From positions 1-64,000 of IMG/VR virus record IMGVR_UViG_3300005805_000045: DNA of 64,000 nucleotides. One strand, given 5' to 3'. Each line of letters begins with the position of its first letter. Position 1 is the stretch's first letter. Positions 56,886 to 64,000 of this stretch are shown here, one piece after another. The stretch is from a virus. Below the pieces are notes generated by a model. It did no database searches, was not told the DNA's origin, and saw only the letters and a program-made list of their open reading frames with translations. Position numbers and translations under genes: made by a program.

Positions 56886-57550
56886 AATTTCCCTATAACC
56901 ATAAACCTTTTATAGTTTGTGGATTTGATTGTTGTGTCTTGCCATTCAACAATATCCCTCTCACCAGAGTACAAAACTTTGTTGATTTGATGAACGTTGA
57001 TTAGATGTTCTATACTATCTACACAATTAATATGTTCAGGTATATGTCTCATATTATTGGATTGAATGACGACGACTGGATCTTCATTATAGAAAAGATT
57101 TAAATATACGTTTTTACCTTTCATTTCACAAAAAGTTTCTTTCATGTGTTCTGATGAGCAATTTATAACCAAATCTGGTTCATGTCTTTTGGGACTTCTA
57201 TCCCAATAATCTTCATTTAATATCCATACATCGTTTTTGTTTTTATTGTATATTTCTCTATATTGAATAGCCACCCTACAGGCATTTTTATCAATATCAT
57301 ACATGAATATTTTTTTAATGTTGAAAGTTTCGTACAACATACCAATCAATGGCCACCCAAACCATCCACCAACAATTTCTACATTCAATGGAGCTTCGCT
57401 ATCTATGATTTCTTTTAGTTCTGAGATCATCCAAATTTTAGAGGATATTTGGTTTGGAGATATGCTATCGTAAAAATTTACTCCTGGCAAAGTTTTACTA
57501 ATCCACTCGTTCACTTTAGAATATTTTGAAATATCTATGTAATCAATCAT
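56882..57550 (-). CDS. Class I SAM methyltransferase-like protein
   Basis: SKIW, IVGGWFG, YDID, VINCSSEHM, QSNN, RFMVIG. Confidence 0.7.
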   Translation of the reverse strand: MIDYIDISKYSKVNEWISKTLPGVNFYDSISPNQISSKIWMISELKEIIDSEAPLNVEIVGGWFGWPLIGMLYETFNIKKIFMYDIDKNACRVAIQYREIYNKNKNDVWILNEDYWDRSPKRHEPDLVINCSSEHMKETFCEMKGKNVYLNLFYNEDPVVVIQSNNMRHIPEHINCVDSIEHLINVHQINKVLYSGERDIVEWQDTTIKSTNYKRFMVIGKL

Positions 57551-58259
57551 CGTAGCTTTCCCATAATTCTGTAGCCCAATTGGGGGTATTGTCTAATTCA
57601 AAATAACGTCTTCCTTGTTTAATCAAATGAGATGTGTTGAAAAGGCAACAAGATGCATTTGAATTGTACTTGTATTGATTTGGACCCTGTTCATTGTAAT
57701 TATAGAAGTGTATATTTCCATCTTTCCAAAAATCTATTTTATTACCTTTAAGATGATGTTCGTAGAACAGATATTTATCGCAAGATTGATATTCTTTATC
57801 CAACATCTCTCTGTTTTCTATATAATACTCCCACAGAAATTTTGCTGCATTTCCTGACCATCGGACAAAAGACGAGTTTACAAAACATGCCGTTTTTTGA
57901 GGAACCAAAATTTTCCAATGCCATTCTGGAGTCCAATGTGTCCATATAAAAGTAGGTTTACTGATTTGTCTTGTACACAAATCTGTTATATCGTTATGTA
58001 TAAGTATATCAAGATCAAGAATTAGGTTGTTTTCATTATTAATTTTGTGCATCAATTCAATTTTTTCAAGTGTAAATAAAGGAGTATGCTCAAAGACATT
58101 GTAATCTATTATCTTTACGTCTTCATAAATATTGCAATAATCGTCTGTTATACAATGAAAAATAAAATCTGTTTGGCAATATTTTTTAAGAGAGTTGAAT
58201 AGTCGATTAACGTATTCAGATCCGTATTTTTGTCCCCATTTAAAGGTATAAATGTTCAA
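57543..58259 (-). CDS. Glycosyltransferase-like protein (KWG.KY family)
   Basis: TFKWGQKYGSEYVNRL, LDLD, NSS; probable TTG start at 58259. Confidence 0.7.
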   Translation of the reverse strand: MNIYTFKWGQKYGSEYVNRLFNSLKKYCQTDFIFHCITDDYCNIYEDVKIIDYNVFEHTPLFTLEKIELMHKINNENNLILDLDILIHNDITDLCTRQISKPTFIWTHWTPEWHWKILVPQKTACFVNSSFVRWSGNAAKFLWEYYIENREMLDKEYQSCDKYLFYEHHLKGNKIDFWKDGNIHFYNYNEQGPNQYKYNSNASCCLFNTSHLIKQGRRYFELDNTPNWATELWESYDD

Positions 58260-59155
58260 TGTACCATGATTTAGTTTTGACATTTTGTGATCCTATAACG
58301 AAAGATAATGAATACGATATACCATTTGTCTTAGCAGAGAATCCAACAGCATTAAAATGGCTAAAAATTCTATATGAAGATATTTATATCAATAGGTGTA
58401 CTTGGAATAACAATAGATATGTTGGATTTGATATAAATCCACTATCCAAGAAAAAAATGGCAGAAGAATTAAATTATTTAATTTCTATTTGTGAGAAAGA
58501 AAGGCCTGGGCATTTTAGATTCACTGCGCATGAAAACATGTCTCAAGATGATTTTAATAAAATGCACATATGGTTTGAGATATACAGAGGTGAAATTAAC
58601 AATCCACATGATTTCTTTTCACGAGGAACAAAACAATTCAAATATGCAATTGAAAGATTTAATCAAGTAATACACATGTGGGAAAAAATAGAAAAATACC
58701 AACAGAATAAAGAACTTTGTTTTATAACATATGATATATTTGATGGAAAAAATGAAGACTTACAAGATGAAGATTTCTTAAATTTCAAATTTAAAAGATA
58801 TGACAACACAATATACTTGTCATATAATATGAGAGGAAAAAATTTACTGGATGTATGGATTGATGAAGACATACATATTGGCGATAATAACATTAGACCC
58901 TATAGATATCTAAGTTCAAATTTTGTTTTACGTTCTAAAGGCTGGTCGAAAAAAGAAACTGTTGAAAAACAAAAAGACTTTACTGAGTGGTTTGAAAGAA
59001 ACTCAAATTATCTAAATTCATTAGGATTTTACAAAGATGAGCCAAAATGCACCATAGGTTGGTTACCTTTGGCTCATTCTACAATAAAAGAAAACATAAA
59101 ATTTATAATAGAACCTAGACAATTTTTGAAACAAATAAAAATTTTTGAGGACTGA
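58259..59155 (+). CDS. Hypothetical protein
   Basis: 298 aa ORF in an AT-rich region; FNKMHIWFE, IHMWE, GWLPLA. Confidence 0.7.
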   Translation: MYHDLVLTFCDPITKDNEYDIPFVLAENPTALKWLKILYEDIYINRCTWNNNRYVGFDINPLSKKKMAEELNYLISICEKERPGHFRFTAHENMSQDDFNKMHIWFEIYRGEINNPHDFFSRGTKQFKYAIERFNQVIHMWEKIEKYQQNKELCFITYDIFDGKNEDLQDEDFLNFKFKRYDNTIYLSYNMRGKNLLDVWIDEDIHIGDNNIRPYRYLSSNFVLRSKGWSKKETVEKQKDFTEWFERNSNYLNSLGFYKDEPKCTIGWLPLAHSTIKENIKFIIEPRQFLKQIKIFED

Positions 59156-59854
59156 ATGATCATCGTAAATCAATATGGAAAAGTAGAGTTTGATTTGGAC
59201 TTCAATGAATATAAAAAAATAGGAATTGGATTTTCAGGTGGTTGTGATTCCACTTTATTATTTTATTTATTGCTAAAATTGTTTGAAGAATCTAAACCAA
59301 ATGCTAAAATAATACCAATAACCGGAATAACAATTAATAAAGGTAAATGGAAACTACTTAGATCACAGCAAATTTTGGATGAACTTCTAATTCAATTTCC
59401 TAGTTGTGAAAAATACGTAGAAGACAGACAAATAAACTTCAATTGGTCACAAGAAGAATATTCAGAGTTTACTGAAAAGTTATTTGACGAAAATATAGTA
59501 GATATTCGCATATTTGGATTGACTAAAAATCCTCCATATGATGTTATGAAAGAACACAATTTGTTGTTCGAAAGAGAAAAATCAAGAGACAATATTGATA
59601 ATATTCTATTGAAATCAGGTTCAAGAAAAAAAGGAGGCCCAACTTATGATCCACTTCGTAATATTGATAAAAGGTGGATAGCACAATGCTACAAAGATTT
59701 TAAATTGATGGATAATATATATCCCCTCACATCTTCATGTGAGAGGCTGCGTGAAACCTATGATATGATCGATAATGAAGATCCCTGTAAACACTGTTGG
59801 TGGTGTAAAGAAAAGAAAATGGCCTTTGGAACATACGATGGAGGAATATCTTGA
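59156..59854 (+). CDS. QueC-like PP-loop protein
   Basis: SGGCDS, DKRWIA, TSSCE, CKHCWWCKEK. Confidence 0.75.
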   Translation: MIIVNQYGKVEFDLDFNEYKKIGIGFSGGCDSTLLFYLLLKLFEESKPNAKIIPITGITINKGKWKLLRSQQILDELLIQFPSCEKYVEDRQINFNWSQEEYSEFTEKLFDENIVDIRIFGLTKNPPYDVMKEHNLLFEREKSRDNIDNILLKSGSRKKGGPTYDPLRNIDKRWIAQCYKDFKLMDNIYPLTSSCERLRETYDMIDNEDPCKHCWWCKEKKMAFGTYDGGIS

Positions 59855-60564
59855 TAACTGTGACATGTGTAAAATGGGGCAACAAGTACTCGGCAGAATA
59901 CGTTAATCGTCTTGAAGTGATGGTGCGTAAATATCTGAATGCGGAACATCGATTTGTCTGTCTAACTGAAGACCCAACTGACGTAAAATGTGAAACGATT
60001 GCTCTACCAAAAGACAATGATCTGGAGGGTTGGTGGAACAAGATGTATTTGTTCTCTTCTGACTATCTCAAGGACACATGCCTGTATTTTGATCTTGATA
60101 CCGTCATTCAGCAGCCAATTGATTGCCTCCTGGACTATCAGGACAAACTCACTGGCGTATACACGTATTGGAACGACTTCTACACTGACGGAGACTATCC
60201 CTTTGCCATGCTCAAATATAAGACTCCATTTAATTCGTCAGTGATGGTATGGAAAGCTGAAGAATATTATTGGGTCTATGACAAGTTCAACGATGACAGA
60301 GACTGGCATGTCATTAAGTATTATGGTGACGACAAGTTTCTGGGCAATGAGATTGCTGATAAACGAACCTTTCCCAAGGGCTGGATTTACTCCAGACTAT
60401 ACGGAAGATACGAGCACGATTTCCCTACCGAAATACTTCAAATTTACTCAGGGTACGAAGAAGGTCTGTTTCACTATCCTGATCACAAAATCTGTCTATT
60501 CAACGGTCCTACTGTCGATCTTCACTATAAGGGGTTTGAGCACTATTGGAACACTGCTTCGTAA
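59851..60564 (+). CDS. Glycosyltransferase-like protein (KWG.KY family)
   Basis: CVKWGNKYSAEYVNRL, GWWNK, YFDLD, FNSSVM, GDD. Confidence 0.75.
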   Translation: MITVTCVKWGNKYSAEYVNRLEVMVRKYLNAEHRFVCLTEDPTDVKCETIALPKDNDLEGWWNKMYLFSSDYLKDTCLYFDLDTVIQQPIDCLLDYQDKLTGVYTYWNDFYTDGDYPFAMLKYKTPFNSSVMVWKAEEYYWVYDKFNDDRDWHVIKYYGDDKFLGNEIADKRTFPKGWIYSRLYGRYEHDFPTEILQIYSGYEEGLFHYPDHKICLFNGPTVDLHYKGFEHYWNTAS

Positions 60565-61139
60565 TCGGAATGTTGGACAACGATATTTCTTGCAAGTATC
60601 TTGAACTAACACTTCCTGAAATAGAAAGAGTCACTTGTATCAAACCAACAATTTGGAATGCTGTTACTCCCCAAACTCTGCCTTCTGGACCTTTACAATT
60701 TCTAAAAACTAAACCAACAATAGGTACACATAGATCACGCAATCTTACAGACACAGAGAAGTCTGTTTGGTATTCACATTTCACTTTATGGAATCATGTG
60801 TCTATGAACTGTGCTTCTGCTTGGATATTTGAACATGATATCGATCTTTCACGTATCATTGTTTTTCCTGAATATACAAGTGACATAGTTACAATCAAAG
60901 AAACAGGAAGTGTTGACTGCTATTATTTAACAAAAAGGGGAGCAACATCATTGTGTCATTTAGCTGTTAGTTCTCCTATAACATTTCAAGTGGACGGGTT
61001 TCTTAGCTCGTTAATAACAACTAGAACCACAATTAAAAACATGCACTTTTGTCCAAAATTACCAATTGAGCAGTTAACAATGTTTGGCACTACTATAGAT
61101 CATCAACCATCATCTGCCACATATCACGATCAGGAATGA
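60546..61139 (+). CDS. GT25-like glycosyltransferase
   Basis: WNAVTP, TEKSVWYSHFTLW, IFEHD, YYLTKRGA, QVD. Confidence 0.65.
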   Translation: MEHCFVIGMLDNDISCKYLELTLPEIERVTCIKPTIWNAVTPQTLPSGPLQFLKTKPTIGTHRSRNLTDTEKSVWYSHFTLWNHVSMNCASAWIFEHDIDLSRIIVFPEYTSDIVTIKETGSVDCYYLTKRGATSLCHLAVSSPITFQVDGFLSSLITTRTTIKNMHFCPKLPIEQLTMFGTTIDHQPSSATYHDQE

Positions 61140-61701
61140 CATAACCAAAGGTCAGTCGTTCGCTATGTGATCTCGCACAATGCCAAACAATCTTATCTGG
61201 CTCTTCTTTCTTACCAAAATAACCAACCTTAGCTTGCCACCCAGGAACATCATACTGTGTAACGATTTTCTGAGCCACTGGATCTTTGTATCTAAAGTAT
61301 CCCTTGCCTTCCTTATTATATGACAGAAGAATATTGTAGCCAGGACAGTTCCAGTTGGTGTGCCATCCCATGTAGCCGCCTTCGGGATAGTACATCTTGA
61401 CAGCGCAGAACTTGGCACCAAAGAACGCATTCAGATCACTGTCAAACTTTACAATCTTTTCTCTGAAAGATTCTGGTGTACTTTCTACCATTGTCAAGTC
61501 TTGACCATATGTGCTTTCAGGGAAACCGATATGTTTTTCTTTATCGATTGTGTTGAGATAGTTTTCTGATGTATAATAATCGTTAGTGTCTGGATCACCT
61601 TTTAGTTTGATCAATTTTCGATCAATCGAAAAGAACCATTCGGCAAAAGGATTGATGATCTCTAGGAGAGAAGGATTAAGTTGACGATCAATTAGTTGCA
61701 T
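61093..61701 (-). CDS. 2OG-Fe(II) oxygenase/cupin-like protein
   Basis: YYPEGGYMGWHTN...WHCA...RLTFGY; start at 61701. Confidence 0.65.
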   Translation of the reverse strand: MQLIDRQLNPSLLEIINPFAEWFFSIDRKLIKLKGDPDTNDYYTSENYLNTIDKEKHIGFPESTYGQDLTMVESTPESFREKIVKFDSDLNAFFGAKFCAVKMYYPEGGYMGWHTNWNCPGYNILLSYNKEGKGYFRYKDPVAQKIVTQYDVPGWQAKVGYFGKKEEPDKIVWHCARSHSERLTFGYVIPDRDMWQMMVDDL

Positions 61702-61703
61702 GG

Positions 61704-62375
61704 TTATCTCACTGTATGATGATAAATGATGACAGGCTTTGACACCTCTGTCTTTATATAGCCGTTGACAAAGTTCCAACGAGCATCTTCATCAAAATAC
61801 TTTCGTCGTATGACATAATCTGTTTTGTTTTGTAGCCACCAATATGCCCATTGATCCCATTGTCTAAGTTCTTCTGGATAGAGATTATTGTCCCATTGCC
61901 ATTCTCCTGACTCTTGCTTCTGATAAAGATTCCACCATTGTCTCATAAATTCTAGAGTACGATCATTGGACCGATACATGAAAAAACCACAATGATCAAT
62001 CAATTCTCCACCAGGAAATTTGGTAATCTTGGCGTTGTACGGTCTGATTTTGGTAATGAGAAGATCAGTTTCATCATCAATTTGATCAAAAATTGTTTTG
62101 ATGTCCTCGTGCATAATTTCCATGTCTGCATCAAGATACACTGTCAGATCATAGGGTGTCTGGCTGAGTGCCCAGAGTTTGGCTCTCTTGTTTCGTGGTG
62201 CACCACCTACGACGGTATCAAACGTGTGATATAGATGATCTTTTACCCAAGCGGTCTCCGTGAACAACGTGACATTGGCTTCAGGCCAATAATCTTTGAG
62301 AGTTTCGCAGCAATATTTGGCAGACAGCAAAAACTTCTCATTGAGAGAAGCGACAATAACGAATCCTTTTTTCAC
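61704..62375 (-). CDS. GT8-like glycosyltransferase
   Basis: TPYDLTVYLDAD, HCG, WDQ, RWN, IYHH. Confidence 0.7.
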   Translation of the reverse strand: MKKGFVIVASLNEKFLLSAKYCCETLKDYWPEANVTLFTETAWVKDHLYHTFDTVVGGAPRNKRAKLWALSQTPYDLTVYLDADMEIMHEDIKTIFDQIDDETDLLITKIRPYNAKITKFPGGELIDHCGFFMYRSNDRTLEFMRQWWNLYQKQESGEWQWDNNLYPEELRQWDQWAYWWLQNKTDYVIRRKYFDEDARWNFVNGYIKTEVSKPVIIYHHTVR

Positions 62376-62830
62376 TCTGTTTGCTCTGCTTTTGCCTTCT
62401 TGGTTTTCTTGGGAGTTTGAAGTGATTCTGTTACCAATAACAAAGAGGTGTAAGCTGTCACTTCCATAATCGTTTTGGCTCGTCTGATCTTTGATTTAAG
62501 CTCAGTGTTCTTTGAGTTTTTGATTTCTTCGATTGAGAATGCCTCAAGCTTGGCATTAAAGATTGCTTCATTCTTCATCGTCTCTTGACGTTCTTTGTGT
62601 TTTTGTTCTTCAAACTTCTTTTGTTCACGCATACCTTGCAAAAAGTCTTCGGTGTTTTTATCAAGGACTTCACGACTGAAAAGTTCCATAATCTCTTTCC
62701 AGTCAGGATTGCCTTCTTCGGTATCCTGAACAACAGCATTTAGTATCTTGCCGTCTTCATATCTGAATGTACACCAGACTTTAGTTTTAGAATCGTTTGC
62801 CCATCTAGCGTTCGCAATTTCTCGTTTCAT
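62372..62830 (-). CDS. Hypothetical protein, possible fibre assembly chaperone
   Basis: Directly downstream of the fibre gene; NARWAND N-terminus, helical C-terminus. Confidence 0.45.
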   Translation of the reverse strand: MKREIANARWANDSKTKVWCTFRYEDGKILNAVVQDTEEGNPDWKEIMELFSREVLDKNTEDFLQGMREQKKFEEQKHKERQETMKNEAIFNAKLEAFSIEEIKNSKNTELKSKIRRAKTIMEVTAYTSLLLVTESLQTPKKTKKAKAEQTE

Positions 62831-62831
62831 T

Positions 62832-64000
62832 TTAAGCTGTCCTTATCCATAAACTAACTGTTGACACTGTGTCTTTTGTTGCAAGAACTGTTTGACCTGT
62901 ATAACTACCTGTATAGGTTCCTGAGTATGTAATACCAGCATATGTACCTGAGAAATTTTGAGAATATGTTCCAGAATAGTATCCAGTATAATAACCAGTA
63001 TAGGTTCCAGAATAATATCCATTCAAGAAACCAGCAAAAAATCTTGCATATGCTCCTGTGTAATTTCCTGCATAGGTTCCTGCATATGCACCAGTGAAGT
63101 TCTGAGAATATGTGCCTGTATAATTGAGACCCACATAATTTCCAGAATATGATGGACCAGAATATGCACCAGTGAAAAATCCTGTGTAGAATCCAGTATA
63201 ATTGCCAACATAATATCCATTCAAGAAACCAGCAAAGAATCTTGCATATCCACCAGCATAAACTCCAGAAAATGCTCGTGAATATGATCCTGAATATGAT
63301 GCTGCATAAAAACCAGTATAGGCAGGTACATAAGCACCAGTGTAGTTTCCAGAGTATGATTGATTACCCAGTGAATGTCGTGTATCAGAGAAAGCTTGTC
63401 CTGCTAGTACCCACGTTCCGCCTGTTCCTGGAGCAGCAGTTTGCAGTGCATATTTGCCGATGCCAGTTGTTCTGATATATTTTCTTAGCAGCGGTGCCAT
63501 ATTCTTGATCTGAGTATCAGACATTTCAATCAAACCTGATTTATCTGTCTTATACGTTAATGACCGAATTGTTGTAGGTGTTGTTGTGTTTGCTGTTTTT
63601 TGCCACAAATATGTATTGGAACTTCCAACGAATCCGATGTTAGCTTTGTCTGTAATTGTTGCTCTTGAAATCCATGTACCATCAGAGGGGGATGTGGGTT
63701 GCAGCTTATACATCCCAATACCACCGTTGACTAGAGTATTGGCTGTTACTGATATGATATAATTTTCTAGGTCAGTGTTTGCTTGAGGATTGAGACCCGT
63801 GCTAGAATCGTATTGCATAGGTCTGGAATTTGCATTTACATCTTCAGAATATGTTTGTAAGTTTTGAAAGAACTCGTAGGTTTCAGAGACGACTTCAGTT
63901 CCAACAGGATGAGCACCAACAGCATGATTTCTGTATGTATCGGTAAATGTACCAATCAGAGTCATACCAGAATTAGAACCAGGATTCACATAAAGCATAC
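62832..64000 (-). CDS. Virion fibre-like protein with Y-x-G repeat domain, probably 5'-truncated
   Basis: Thr/Ser-rich; ~150 aa of [YF]-[STAV]-G-x tetrads; reading frame open to the window edge. Confidence 0.65.
   Translation of the reverse strand, partial: MLYVNPGSNSGMTLIGTFTDTYRNHAVGAHPVGTEVVSETYEFFQNLQTYSEDVNANSRPMQYDSSTGLNPQANTDLENYIISVTANTLVNGGIGMYKLQPTSPSDGTWISRATITDKANIGFVGSSNTYLWQKTANTTTPTTIRSLTYKTDKSGLIEMSDTQIKNMAPLLRKYIRTTGIGKYALQTAAPGTGGTWVLAGQAFSDTRHSLGNQSYSGNYTGAYVPAYTGFYAASYSGSYSRAFSGVYAGGYARFFAGFLNGYYVGNYTGFYTGFFTGAYSGPSYSGNYVGLNYTGTYSQNFTGAYAGTYAGNYTGAYARFFAGFLNGYYSGTYTGYYTGYYSGTYSQNFSGTYAGITYSGTYTGSYTGQTVLATKDTVSTVSLWIRTA
63012..63249. repeat. 40 bp direct repeat, 1 mismatch (63012-63051 and 63210-63249)
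   Basis: ataatatccattcaagaaaccagcaaa(a/g)aatcttgcatat encodes YARFFAGFLNGYY twice. Confidence 0.9.

Noticed and set aside
63012-63249. Diversity-generating retroelement TR/VR pair
   Set aside because: Both copies are in-frame in one gene, differ by one synonymous base, and no reverse transcriptase is in the window
1-64000. tRNA genes, CRISPR arrays, stop-codon reassignment
   Set aside because: Intergenic gaps show no cloverleaf or repeat-spacer pattern by eye, and core genes are intact in the standard code; tRNAscan and CRISPR finders were not run

Overview
A 64 kb segment of a large T4-like myovirus genome, almost all on the minus strand. Reading right to left in transcription order: a 5'-truncated Tyr/Gly-repeat fibre protein; a ~12 kb AT-rich enzyme island (3 radical SAM enzymes, PLP aminotransferase, GNAT, ATP-grasp, methyltransferase, QueC-like protein, 2OG-Fe oxygenase, 4 glycosyltransferase-like genes); the neck/tail/packaging/head core (gp13-gp23, gp3) with several probable capsid-packaged internal proteins and a divergent ADP-ribosyltransferase; the replication/transcription core (uvsY, uvsW, gp55, gp47, gp46, dNMP kinase, gp45, dsbA, gp44, gp62, regA); dUTPase, PAAR, Hsp20, a two-catalytic-domain endolysin and a glycan-biosynthesis operon running off the left edge. 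Five free-standing homing endonuclease genes (HEGs) are present. A Usg-like gene, a ROSE-like thermometer and a LysR-type site hint at an alphaproteobacterial host (inference). Best leads: (1) a covarying structured RNA leader shared by two unrelated HEGs (GIY-YIG and HNH); (2) all four genes directly downstream of co-oriented HEGs lack an ATG start (ACG, ATA, GTG, GTG); (3) the enzyme island beside a Y-x-G repeat fibre, possibly a virion-decoration pathway. All protein calls are from motif recognition by eye; no searches were run. No tRNA, rRNA or CRISPR array was seen.
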